Shown here: positions 45,895 to 55,246 of the stretch, piece after piece | Layout: the number at the start of each line of letters is the position of its first letter | Position numbering within the stretch: the stretch's first letter is position 1 | DNA from: Thermoleophilia bacterium | GTDB taxonomy: Bacteria; Actinomycetota; Thermoleophilia; Gaiellales; Gaiellaceae | Reading direction: 5' to 3' | Length of the DNA stretch: 64,000 nucleotides | Assembly: GCA_025928515.1 (NCBI GenBank) | Contig: JAICJI010000007.1 | Coordinates: 1,335-65,334, forward strand | Notes under the pieces: generated by a model | The model's database searches: none | Told to the model about the DNA's origin: nothing | Seen by the model: the letters and a program-made list of their open reading frames with translations, nothing else | Translations under genes and position numbers: made by a program

Positions 45895-47090
45895 CGCGCG
45901 AGGCGCGGCACAACGAGGATCGCCGCCGCGCCGGCAAGCGCCGGCATCGCAAGCACGACGCCCGCCGCCCGCACGCCGAAAGCTCCCGCGACGGCGCCGT
46001 CGAGCAGGCTCGCCGCCGGACGAAAGCCGAGGAACGCGACGCTCCAGAGCGCCATGATCCGGCCGCGCTGCTGCTCCTCCACGGCGAGTTGGAGCCGGCT
46101 CGTCGCGGACGTGTTCGACGCGAGATAGCCGCAGCCGGCGACTGCGAGCAGGACGAAGCCGAGCGGCAACCAGCGCGAGAGCGAGAAGGCGATCATCCCG
46201 CCGCCGAGCAGCAGCAGCGTGAGCACCATCCGCCGTCGCGAGCCGGCGACACGGCCCGCGAGCAGGAAGGCCGCGATAACCGCGCCGGCGCCGAAGGCTC
46301 CGATGATGAAGCCGGCCTCGCTGTCGGCCCGGCCGAACGCCCGCGCAAACGCCGGCGCCTCGGTGTTCACCGGGTCGGAGGCGAACCCGACCGCGGTCAC
46401 GATGAGGAGGAAGGCGAGCAGCTCCGGTTGCCGACGGACGAGACGCAGGCTCTCTCGCAGGCGCGTCTCCGCCCGAGACGCGTGGATGCGCTCCGTCGAG
46501 CGGACGACCAGCACGCCCACCACGAGCAGGAGATACGAGCCCGAGTTGATCGCAAACGACGCCGGGATGCCGAGTGTCTTCACCGAGACCGTCGCGAGCA
46601 CCGGTCCGATCGCGCGGGCGAGGTTGAACGTCATCGAGTTCAGCGCAACCGCGGAGGCGAGCTGCTCGCGCGGCACGAGGTTCCCGATCAGGGCCATCGA
46701 CGCGGGGGCGCTGAACGCGCTCATCGTCCCCAGCGCGAGCGCGAACATGATCACGACCCAGACGTGCGCGAGCCCACCCCACGCGAGGGCTGCGAGCGCG
46801 CCGGACAGCGCCGCCGACACGAGCTGGGTCACGAGGAGCAGCCGCCGGCGGTCGAACCGGTCGGCCGCGCTGCCCGCCCACGGCGCGAGCACCAGCACCG
46901 GCACGAAGTTGCCGAAGTTGAGCACCCCGAGCAGGAACGCCGAGTGGTGGGTCAGCCGATAGACGAGGAGCGCGGCGGCGAGGTTCTGGAACCACGTCCC
47001 GCTCGCCGAGGCCGCGTTGCCGACGAAGTACGGGCCGAAATTCCGATCGCCGATCAGCCGCAGGGCGGCGGTCGGCCCGGAGGCAGCCAC
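45855..47090 (-). CDS. MFS transporter (EntS/MFS_3-like)
   Basis: This is the hydrophobic part of track ORF 45855..47765 (FGPYFVGNAASASGTWFQNLAAALLVY...WAGSAADRFDRRRLL). The start is taken at GTG 47090, just after the uvrC stop. Confidence 0.8.
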   Translation of the reverse strand: MAASGPTAALRLIGDRNFGPYFVGNAASASGTWFQNLAAALLVYRLTHHSAFLLGVLNFGNFVPVLVLAPWAGSAADRFDRRRLLLVTQLVSAALSGALAALAWGGLAHVWVVIMFALALGTMSAFSAPASMALIGNLVPREQLASAVALNSMTFNLARAIGPVLATVSVKTLGIPASFAINSGSYLLLVVGVLVVRSTERIHASRAETRLRESLRLVRRQPELLAFLLIVTAVGFASDPVNTEAPAFARAFGRADSEAGFIIGAFGAGAVIAAFLLAGRVAGSRRRMVLTLLLLGGGMIAFSLSRWLPLGFVLLAVAGCGYLASNTSATSRLQLAVEEQQRGRIMALWSVAFLGFRPAASLLDGAVAGAFGVRAAGVVLAMPALAGAAAILVVPRLARYRSASASGPRNG

Positions 47091-47095
47091 CGCGT

Positions 47096-48970
47096 CTAGG
47101 CCCGCCCGGCCCCGCCGCCGGCTTTGTGCAGCTGGGCGTAGACGCTGCGCGCCACCTTGGCCGGCACTCCTGGGACGCCCTCGAGCTCCTCGGGAGCCGC
47201 GGCGAGCATCGCGTCGACCGAGCCGAAGTGGTTGAGCAGCGCGCGCCGCCGTGCGGGCCCGACGCCCTCGAGCTCGTCGAACAGCGACGAGAAGCCGCGC
47301 GATTCGCGGCGCTGCCGGTGGAATCCGACGGCGAACCGGTGCGCCTCGTCGCGGATCCGCTGCAACAGTTGGAGCCCCGGATCGTGGCGTGACAGCACGA
47401 CTGGCTGCGCGCGACCCGGCACGAACACCTCCTCCGCGCGCTTGGCGAGCGCGATCACGGCGACGCGCGGGAGGTCGAACGCCTGCATCGCGGCGATCGC
47501 GGCCGCGAGCTGGCCCTTGCCGCCGTCGACGACCACGAGGTTCGGCGTGGCGGCGAACGACTCGTCGTAGTCGTCCGCCGTCGGCCCGGCGGCGAGCCGC
47601 GCGAACCGCCGCGAGACCATCTCCCCCATCGCCGCGAAGTCGTCCATCCCCTCCTGGCCACGGATCGCGAACTTGCGGTAGTGGGCCTTCTTCGGCAGTC
47701 CGTCCTGGAAGACGACCATCGAGCCGACGTTGTCCTGGCCCATTGCGGTCGAGATGTCGAAGCACTCGATGCGCAGCGGCAGCGCCTCGAGGTTGAGCGT
47801 CTCGCGCAGCTGCTCGAGCGCCTCGCCGCGGCGCAGCCGCCGCTGCTCGCCCTGCGCGAGGTCGCTCGTGAGCACGTGAAGCGCGTTCTCGTCGGCGAGC
47901 CGCTGCAGCCGCCGTTTCTCGCCGCGCTCAGCGGTGCGGATCTCCACGCGCGCGCCACGCCGCTCCGACAGGAGCTCGCCGAGGGCTGATAGGTCTCCAG
48001 CGTCGTTCGGGACGACGATCTGCGGCGGCACACTCGGCGCGCTGCCGTAGTACTCGAGGCCGAACGACTCGAGGATCGTCGTCACGTCCTGGCCGCCGAC
48101 GTTCTCGAGGTGGAACGAGTGCCGGTCGACCATCTTGCCGCCGCGCAACGGGAAGATCTGGACGACGGCGCGGTCGCCCTCCGCCGCGAAGCCGATCACG
48201 TCCGCCGTCCCGACCGACTGCCGCTCGACCGCCTGCCGCTCGACGAGGTGCTGGACTGCGAAAAGCCGGTTCCGGTAGCGCGCCGCGTCCTCGAACCGCT
48301 CCTCGGCAGCCGCCTCCTGCATGCGCCGCTCGAGCTCGCGCTGGATCGGCTTCACGTCGCCCGAGAGGAACTCGATCACCCCGTCGACGATGCCGCGGTA
48401 GTCCTCCTGCGACACGTAGCCGACACACGGCGCCAGGCAGCGATCGATGTGATAGTCGAGGCACGGAATCCCGCTGTGGCGGCCGGGCTTCGGCCCCTCG
48501 CACGGGCGGTAGCGGAAGACGCGGTTGAGGACGTCGAGCGTCTCGCGCACCTTCTTCGCGTTCGCGTACGGGCCGAAGTACCAGACCCCTGCGCGGTGCC
48601 GCTCCCGCGTGAACATGACCCGCGGATACTCGTCCTCGACCGTGACAGCGATATACGGGAACGACTTGTCGTCGCGCAGCCGGACGTTGAACGGCGGCCG
48701 GTGCCGCTTGACGAGGTTCTGCTCGAGGTGGAGCGCCTCGACCTCGCTGCCGGTCACGATCACCTCGACGTCCGCGACTCGCTCCGGGAGGCTGCGGATC
48801 TGCGCGCGCCCGTCGGTCGTCTTCTGGAAGTACGAGCGCACGCGCGGTCGCAGCGACTTCGCCTTCCCGACGTAGAGCACGTCGCCGTCCGCGTCGCGGA
48901 AGAGGTAGACGCCGGGCCGTGCCGGCAGCGCTTTGAGCTGGTTTTCGAGTCGCCCGGCCACGACGGCCAC
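47096..48970 (-). CDS. uvrC: excinuclease ABC subunit C
   Basis: The GIY-YIG N-terminus is GVYLFRDADGDVLYVGKAKSLR. It also has a UVR domain, an endonuclease domain and a C-terminal (HhH)2. Confidence 0.96.
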   Translation of the reverse strand: MAVVAGRLENQLKALPARPGVYLFRDADGDVLYVGKAKSLRPRVRSYFQKTTDGRAQIRSLPERVADVEVIVTGSEVEALHLEQNLVKRHRPPFNVRLRDDKSFPYIAVTVEDEYPRVMFTRERHRAGVWYFGPYANAKKVRETLDVLNRVFRYRPCEGPKPGRHSGIPCLDYHIDRCLAPCVGYVSQEDYRGIVDGVIEFLSGDVKPIQRELERRMQEAAAEERFEDAARYRNRLFAVQHLVERQAVERQSVGTADVIGFAAEGDRAVVQIFPLRGGKMVDRHSFHLENVGGQDVTTILESFGLEYYGSAPSVPPQIVVPNDAGDLSALGELLSERRGARVEIRTAERGEKRRLQRLADENALHVLTSDLAQGEQRRLRRGEALEQLRETLNLEALPLRIECFDISTAMGQDNVGSMVVFQDGLPKKAHYRKFAIRGQEGMDDFAAMGEMVSRRFARLAAGPTADDYDESFAATPNLVVVDGGKGQLAAAIAAMQAFDLPRVAVIALAKRAEEVFVPGRAQPVVLSRHDPGLQLLQRIRDEAHRFAVGFHRQRRESRGFSSLFDELEGVGPARRRALLNHFGSVDAMLAAAPEELEGVPGVPAKVARSVYAQLHKAGGGAGRA

Positions 48971-48990
48971 CGTAGCCGTGCGCCTGGCGG

Positions 48991-50223
48991 CTAGACCGCT
49001 GCAGCCACCGGCTCGGGCGTGGCCTCGACCACGAGCCGGCCGTCCTGGTAGACGCGCTCGATCCGCCCGGCGAGGTCACCGAAGTCGAACGGGTCGCCCG
49101 AGACGACGACGAGGTCGGCACGCTTGCCCGGCTCGATGGTGCCGAGCTCACCGTCGAGCCCCATCAGCTCGGCGGCGGTCCGCGTCGTCGCGACGACTAC
49201 GCCCTCGGGGCTCATGCCTCCCTCGGCCATCAGCTGGAGCTCGTCCAGATTCGTGCCGTGCGGGACGACGCCGGCGTCGGTTCCCATCGCCACCTTGACG
49301 CCCGCCCCGACCGCGCGCCGGAAGGAGTCACGGTGCGCCTCGATGACCTCGCGCGCCTTGGCAACGGCCCAGTCGGGGATGGGCGCGCCCGCCTCGAAGG
49401 CCCTGATCACGCCGAGCGGAGCGACGAGGGTCGGGACGAGATAGGCGCCGTGCTCGAGCATGAGCTCGATCGCCTCGTCGTCGAGGTAGATGCCGTGCTC
49501 GATCGAGCGTACGCCCGCGCGCACGGCGTTCTTGATGCCGTCCGTCGACTGGGCGTGCGACATCACCGAGAGCCCGGCCGCACGTGCCTCGCCGACGATC
49601 GTCTCGATCTCCTCCACGTCGAAACCGGGCTGCTGCGGGCTGTCGCCTGGAGAAAGCACGCCACCGGAGGTCGCGATCTTGATCACCTCGGCGCCTGCGC
49701 GTACGAGCTCACGGACCTTCCGGCGAGTCTCGTCAGGGCCGTCGACGATCGAGCCCGGCGAGCCGGGGTACTCGGCGAACAGCTGGGCCTGGGCGCCGGA
49801 GGGCAGCCAGCCGTCGCCGTGACCACCCGTCTGGCTCAGCATCTTGATCGAGATCTGCACACGCGGCCCGGCGACGATCCCCTCTGCGAGCGCCTGCTTC
49901 ACGCCCAGGTCGGCGCCGCCCGCGTCGCGCACGGTCGTGATGCCGACCCGCAGCGTCGCGTCGAGATTCCGGATCGCGTCGTAGAAGCGGTACGAAAACG
50001 GTTCCTGCATCAGCTTCCAGACGTCGACGTGTCCGAACATCACGTGGACATGGGTGTCGAACAGGCCTGGGAGGAGCGTCGAGCCGCCGACGTCGACCTG
50101 CTCGTCCCCGTCCAGCCCCCTGCCGACCTCGACGATCCGGCCGTCGGCCACAGCCACGTCGGCCTCTGCGAGCGCAGCGCCCGTTCCGTCGAAGACCCGT
50201 CCGCCGGCGAATACCGTCCTCAA
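48991..50223 (-). CDS. amidohydrolase-family metal-dependent hydrolase
   Basis: Contains LLPGLFDTHVHV, the metal ligands SHAQ and IEHG, and MGTDAG. Confidence 0.8.
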   Translation of the reverse strand: MRTVFAGGRVFDGTGAALAEADVAVADGRIVEVGRGLDGDEQVDVGGSTLLPGLFDTHVHVMFGHVDVWKLMQEPFSYRFYDAIRNLDATLRVGITTVRDAGGADLGVKQALAEGIVAGPRVQISIKMLSQTGGHGDGWLPSGAQAQLFAEYPGSPGSIVDGPDETRRKVRELVRAGAEVIKIATSGGVLSPGDSPQQPGFDVEEIETIVGEARAAGLSVMSHAQSTDGIKNAVRAGVRSIEHGIYLDDEAIELMLEHGAYLVPTLVAPLGVIRAFEAGAPIPDWAVAKAREVIEAHRDSFRRAVGAGVKVAMGTDAGVVPHGTNLDELQLMAEGGMSPEGVVVATTRTAAELMGLDGELGTIEPGKRADLVVVSGDPFDFGDLAGRIERVYQDGRLVVEATPEPVAAAV

Positions 50224-50270
50224 CGTCCGCTCCTTTCGCTTGCTCCCGCAGAGAAACCAAGCCTATCTCC

Positions 50271-50981
50271 GTGGCTAGCATTCGCCTCGTGGACGGCCAG
50301 TACGTCGCGTACACGTTCTTCCGCGTCGATCCGGCGTGGCGGCGGCTGCCGGCCGAGGAGCGGCAGGCGCACAAGGACGCGTTCGCGGAGGTCGTCGAAG
50401 ACTTCGCCGAGCGGTTCGAGCACCTGCGCGCCTACTCGACGACGGGCGTACGGCCCGACTCAGACTTCTTCCTCTGGAAGATCTGCGAGCGCTACGACCT
50501 GCTCGAGGAGCTCGGCACAGCGCTCAACGCGACCCCGCTCGCCGGCTGGCTCGAGACGACCTACTCGTACCTCGCCACGACGAAGGCGTCGCAGTACACG
50601 AGCGCCCGCAAGGCACGCAAGATCACGCCGCACGGGCTGCCGTATCTCGTCGTCTACCCGTTCGTGAAGATGCGACCGTGGTACGCGCTGACCGAGGAGG
50701 AGCGGCAGCGGGCGATGGACGAGCACATCCGGATCGGCCGCGAGGAGTTCCCGGGGATCAAGAACCACACGACGTACTCGTTCGGGATCGACGACCAGGA
50801 GTTCATGACGGCCTTCGAGTGCGAGGAGCCCGCCGACTTCATGCACCTGATGCTGCGACTCCGCGACAGCGAGGCCTCGCGCTACACCGAGCGCGACACG
50901 CCGATCTTCGTCGGTCGCTTCGTGCCGGTGCGAGAGGCGCTCGCGGCGCTCGACGGCGCGTCGGCCCGCGTCGAGGCCTAA
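50271..50981 (+). CDS. hemQ: coproheme decarboxylase (chlorite-dismutase-family HemQ/ChdC)
   Basis: 236 aa with YTFFRVDPAWRRLPAEER, YVVYPFVKMRPWY and the two ferredoxin-like halves typical of HemQ. Confidence 0.85.
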   Translation: MASIRLVDGQYVAYTFFRVDPAWRRLPAEERQAHKDAFAEVVEDFAERFEHLRAYSTTGVRPDSDFFLWKICERYDLLEELGTALNATPLAGWLETTYSYLATTKASQYTSARKARKITPHGLPYLVVYPFVKMRPWYALTEEERQRAMDEHIRIGREEFPGIKNHTTYSFGIDDQEFMTAFECEEPADFMHLMLRLRDSEASRYTERDTPIFVGRFVPVREALAALDGASARVEA

Positions 50982-53900
50982 CCGCAGACGCGGGAATACG
51001 CCCGCCCGCCCACGAAGCGTTGCCACTCCTCAGGCGTGAAGTTGCGGCCGGCGACCGCACAGGCGTGTTGCTCCCAGGCGTCGAGCGAGATCGGCCAGCG
51101 GTAGGCGGTTCCGTCGCCGAAGACGTAGATCAGGTACCGCCCGTCGGGCGTGTAGCCGATGTTCCCCCACTGGCCCGCACCGCCGGGGAAGTCCGAGCCA
51201 AGCTGTTGCTGGGTGGCGGTCACCCAGATTCTCGCGCCGCCGCTCGAACCGCCGGTCGTGGCGAAGGTCTTTCCGTCGGGCGCGAACGCGATGCCGGCGA
51301 GGGGAGCCGGGGCGACGAGCGTCTGGTGCCCGATGCTCTGCCCCGTCTTCGGGTTCCAGAGATCGACGATGCCGCTCCAGGCGCCCGTCGCGAGCGTGCC
51401 GTCGGGCGAGAAGGCCAGGGCGGTGATGCCACCGTTCGCGGCCTTTGGCTCGAGTATGCGCTCGACCTTCCCAGTCGCGGTCTCGACGATGAGAACGTGT
51501 GCGGCGCCGGCCCCCACCGGCTCGGTGCCGACTGCAGCCGTCGAACCGTCCGGCGAGAGCGCGACGGTGTCGCCGAATGTGTGCAAGTTCAGCGGCTTCC
51601 CGCCGGAGAGCTTCCCGTCGCGCCAGACTGCGAATTCGCCCTCCTGCGGCGGCCCCGCGTTCTTGGGCGCGGGCCCATACCAGCCGTCGGTCGCCGCGAC
51701 GACGCGACCGCCTTCGGCGGTCGCGAGCGAGCGGACGAGCGCCTGGGGAGACAAGCCCCGGAGCTTGTTCTCCGGGTGCGCGGTCCGGGTGCCTACGTTC
51801 CAGAACTGGACGAGCCCACGGTCTCCACCCAGCACGAAGCGCTTCCCCGCCCATGCTCCGGCACCGACGTTGCGCCCGCGGGCGAGCGCGACGGTGTCCA
51901 CGTGTCTGAGTGACACCGCGGAGTAGATGTCGACCCGCGACTGCGAGGCGCTCGCGGCGAAGAGCCCGCCGCTCGGTGCGACGGCCAGCAGCGGCGAGGG
52001 CGGCGTGGCCGGAGACAGGGTGGTCGAGTCGGAGATCACGTGAGGGAACGAGAATTGCCGTCCGAACCTCCTGCTCGTGCCGAGGTCCCACTCGAAGGTG
52101 GCCCCGTCGAGGCTCGAGGTGAAGAGCGTTCGGCCGTCGTTCGTGAGCGCCGCGCCGAGTACCCGTCCGGCATGGCCGTACAGCCGCTCTACGCGCGTCC
52201 GGGCTCGGACGTTCCAGACGATCACGGATCCGTCCTCGGCGGTCGACACCAACTGCCTTCCGTTCGGCGAAAAGGCGAGCGTGACGACGGGGGCGCTATG
52301 ACCTCCTTGCCCGATCTTCTGCTGTCTTGTCCCGAGGTTGACGAAGGTGACCGACCCTGTGTCCGAGCCCACGGCGAGCGTCGACCCGTCGGGACTGACC
52401 GCGGTCGATCCGTTGAGCGGTGAGACGCTCACGCGGCGAACTACGTCGAGTTTCTTCGTGTCGAGGAACGTGACCGTCGACGTCCCGACAACCGCGAGCT
52501 CATGTCCCCTGTCGACAAGAGCCGCGCTGTTGACACCGTCAGCACCGACTGGGGCCGCCTTGGCCGTGAGCTTGCCGGTGGCCACGTTCCAGCGATCGAC
52601 GAACGCCGCGGTGCTGGGAGCCGGGGGAGTCAGCTGATAGACGTAAAAGAGCATCCGTCCGTCGGGGCTGAAGAAGAGAGGAACGTTCGGGTTGGTGGCC
52701 GGATTGTGCAGCCACTGGGGATCGAAGGGAAGCAGCCGTTGGACCGCGAGCGTGCGCGCGTTCGCGACTTCGACGTACTCCACGCCCTCCTTCGGGCTCG
52801 TGAAGAACGCGAACGAAGAGCCGCCTGCGTTGAACGCGGGGGGATCTCCGAAGGCAGATCTCCTGAATACGTGCAGCGTCTTGCGAGTCCGAGGGTCGAC
52901 GAGCCGCAAATGGTCGGCGTTGTCGGGAATACCGAGGACCGAGCCGTCGGGGCTCACGCTGGTCGCGCAGCAGGGACGCACGGAGTCCGGGACGGTGAAC
53001 GTGGCGATGGCAGCCGGTGACCGCAGCAAGGTCGCGAGCAGCGTCCCTTCGGTCTGAGGTGAGTCGTCGAGGTTCAGCGACTCGCGGGCGAGCAGCATGG
53101 CGATGTCGATCCGCGGCTCCGAGACCGCTTCGGCGCCGAGCTGGCGGCCGAGCGCGACGGTGGCCTCGTGCTGCGCGCTCGAGCGCGACGCGAGCGCGAG
53201 CGCGCCCGCGATGATCGCGAGGACGAGCAGCCCGACAGCGCCGGCAAGCAGCGTCCTCAACCGCCGGTTCCGCTGCCGCTCGCGCGCGAGCTCGAGCTCG
53301 TTCGCGGTGCGGCTGGCATCGACGAACTCGCGCTCGAGCTCCGTCAGTGCGATCGTCAACTCGGCGGCGAGCGCGTCGAACTGGGCGAGGTTGCTGCCGC
53401 GCAGCAGATAGCTCGGCTCGCGGTCGGCGTCTTCCCACTCCCGCGCCGCCGAGGCGAGCCGACGGTGCAGGCGCACCTGTTCACGTCCGCTGTCGATCCA
53501 GCGGCGGAACCTCCCCCACTCGCGCATCAGCGCCTCGTGCGCGACCTCGATCGTGGGCGTCCCGGTGCGCGGGTCGCGGTCGAACGAGAGCAGGCGCCAC
53601 GCGCCGAACGCCTGGATCGCCTCCTCGAGCGCGTCCTGGTCGACCTCCATCGACGCCAGCTCGGTCCGCTCGACGCGGCGCCGTGTGTCCTCGGCTCCCT
53701 CGCCGAGCGTGACGAGCCGGAGGAAGAGCTGGCGCGCGGCCTCCTGTGCCTGCTCCCCGAGCCCGTCGTAGATCTCCTCGGCACGGCCCGCGAGAGCGCC
53801 CGAGACGCCGCCGATCGTGCGGTAGGCGTCCGCCGTGAGGGTGTTTCCCTCGCACCGCTCGTAGAGCTCGGTCAGCGCGTACTGGAGCAGGGGCAGCGCG

Positions 53901-55198
53901 CCGGGCGCGTCGGCAACGTCTGCCACGAGCTGAGCGGTCAAGCCCGGCTCGAACCTGGCGCCGACGCGCTCGGCCGGGCCGGCGATCGCTCGCTCGAACT
54001 CCTCGGCTCGCAACGGCACGAGCGCCTCGACGTAGTCCCGCAGCAGCTCCGCGAAGCCGCTGTAGAGCAGCGGGCGGTCGTAGAAGTCGGCGCGGAGGGT
54101 GACGACGACGCGAAGCCTCGCGTGCGGGTCGGTGACCGCACGCTCGAGCAGCGCGAGGAACTGCGTCCGGCGGGTCTCGTCCTCGACCAGTGTGAACACC
54201 TCCTCGAGCTGGTCCACGACGAGCACGAGCTCGGACTCGTCGGCGGCGAGGAGACGCTTGACGGCGCGCAGCAGGCCTCGCTCGTCCTGTTCGAGCTGCT
54301 CGAGCAAGCCCGGCTCGGGCCTGTCCGCAGCGCGCAGAAGTGCCGCCTCGAGCTCCTCGAGCGGGTACGCACCGGGGAACATCTCGACGACGTACCAGTG
54401 CTCGGAGCCTGGCAGCGCGCCCGCCCGGAGCCGCGGCAACAGCCCGGCACGGACGACGGACGACTTGCCGCTTCCGCTCGGCCCGACGACGGCGAGGAAG
54501 CGCGTGGACTCGAGCCGCTCGACAAGATGCTCCGTGAGCGCCTCCCGGCCGAAGAAATCCTCCGCGTCTTGCTCGCCGAAGGCGCGCAGTCCCTTGTACG
54601 GATTCCGGGTGTCGCCCGCGCCGGTCGCGGCGGGATCCAGCGCCCGGCGGAACGCAAGCTCGCGGGCGACGTCCTCACGCTCGGGTCGAACGGCGACCAC
54701 GTCCATCGGCTTCTCGAGCCCTTTGAGCCGCACCGCGCCACGCTCGACGTACTCGAGCCCTTCGACCTTTCGGGCGAGGTGCGCAACGCCCGGACTGATG
54801 AGCACCTCTCCCGGTCCGGCGATGGAGCAAAGCCGAGCCGCGAGGTTGAGCGCTCCACCGCGGTAGCCGCCGTCGACCGGCACGGCCTCGCCCGCGTCGA
54901 GCCCGATCCCGACCGCAAGTGGAAGGCTCGGATCGGCGACCGTCTCCGCGACGAATTGCTCCTGCAGCTCCGACGCCGCACGCAGCGCCTGCCGCGCCGA
55001 GTCGAATACCGCGAGCGCCTCGTCGCCTCGCAACTCGACGAGCGTCCCGCCGGCGGCCTCGATCGCTTCGCGCGCCAGCTCGGCGAACCGCGTCGCGAGC
55101 CGCGCGGCCGCCTCGTCCCCGCGCTCCTGCGTGAACCGCGTATATCCGCGAACGTCCGCGATCAGGAACGTCTTGATCCCGGCTTCGACAGCCGCCAT
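50978..55198 (-). CDS. multidomain signalling protein: class III nucleotidyl cyclase - nSTAND P-loop NTPase - TM helix - WD40 beta-propellers
   Basis: 1406 aa. The cyclase region contains FLIADVRGYT..RGDEALAVF..GGALNLAARLCS..GEVLIS. The NTPase region contains NPYKGLRAFGEQDAEDFFGRE, GPSGSGKS (nt 54484-54461) and LVLVVDQLEE. The hydrophobic segment is LLAGAVGLLVLAIIAGALALA (nt 53254-53189). WD40 repeats include GHSAPVVTLAFSPNGRQLVSTAEDGSVIVWNV. Confidence 0.85.
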   Translation of the reverse strand: MAAVEAGIKTFLIADVRGYTRFTQERGDEAAARLATRFAELAREAIEAAGGTLVELRGDEALAVFDSARQALRAASELQEQFVAETVADPSLPLAVGIGLDAGEAVPVDGGYRGGALNLAARLCSIAGPGEVLISPGVAHLARKVEGLEYVERGAVRLKGLEKPMDVVAVRPEREDVARELAFRRALDPAATGAGDTRNPYKGLRAFGEQDAEDFFGREALTEHLVERLESTRFLAVVGPSGSGKSSVVRAGLLPRLRAGALPGSEHWYVVEMFPGAYPLEELEAALLRAADRPEPGLLEQLEQDERGLLRAVKRLLAADESELVLVVDQLEEVFTLVEDETRRTQFLALLERAVTDPHARLRVVVTLRADFYDRPLLYSGFAELLRDYVEALVPLRAEEFERAIAGPAERVGARFEPGLTAQLVADVADAPGALPLLQYALTELYERCEGNTLTADAYRTIGGVSGALAGRAEEIYDGLGEQAQEAARQLFLRLVTLGEGAEDTRRRVERTELASMEVDQDALEEAIQAFGAWRLLSFDRDPRTGTPTIEVAHEALMREWGRFRRWIDSGREQVRLHRRLASAAREWEDADREPSYLLRGSNLAQFDALAAELTIALTELEREFVDASRTANELELARERQRNRRLRTLLAGAVGLLVLAIIAGALALASRSSAQHEATVALGRQLGAEAVSEPRIDIAMLLARESLNLDDSPQTEGTLLATLLRSPAAIATFTVPDSVRPCCATSVSPDGSVLGIPDNADHLRLVDPRTRKTLHVFRRSAFGDPPAFNAGGSSFAFFTSPKEGVEYVEVANARTLAVQRLLPFDPQWLHNPATNPNVPLFFSPDGRMLFYVYQLTPPAPSTAAFVDRWNVATGKLTAKAAPVGADGVNSAALVDRGHELAVVGTSTVTFLDTKKLDVVRRVSVSPLNGSTAVSPDGSTLAVGSDTGSVTFVNLGTRQQKIGQGGHSAPVVTLAFSPNGRQLVSTAEDGSVIVWNVRARTRVERLYGHAGRVLGAALTNDGRTLFTSSLDGATFEWDLGTSRRFGRQFSFPHVISDSTTLSPATPPSPLLAVAPSGGLFAASASQSRVDIYSAVSLRHVDTVALARGRNVGAGAWAGKRFVLGGDRGLVQFWNVGTRTAHPENKLRGLSPQALVRSLATAEGGRVVAATDGWYGPAPKNAGPPQEGEFAVWRDGKLSGGKPLNLHTFGDTVALSPDGSTAAVGTEPVGAGAAHVLIVETATGKVERILEPKAANGGITALAFSPDGTLATGAWSGIVDLWNPKTGQSIGHQTLVAPAPLAGIAFAPDGKTFATTGGSSGGARIWVTATQQQLGSDFPGGAGQWGNIGYTPDGRYLIYVFGDGTAYRWPISLDAWEQHACAVAGRNFTPEEWQRFVGGRAYSRVCG

Positions 55199-55246
55199 CG
55201 GGGGATCGTGCGCTTCGGCGCGAGCTAAATCAAGACCGCGGTGCGA

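Noticed and set aside
45855-47765. A 636-aa version of the MFS ORF that extends into uvrC.
   Set aside because: The upstream 225 aa are Arg/Gly/Ala-rich and overlap the uvrC 3' region. The hydrophobic transporter body starts right after the uvrC stop (GTG 47090).
47096-48990. A LexA box upstream of uvrC.
   Set aside because: No GAAC-N4-GTTC motif is present in the 20-nt intergenic region or the adjacent upstream sequence that I scanned.
53168-55228. A 686-aa plus-strand ORF opposite the cyclase-STAND gene.
   Set aside because: It is antisense to a frame carrying clear cyclase, Walker A/B and WD40 motifs. Its composition is dominated by Arg, Glu, Leu and Pro with no recognisable domain.
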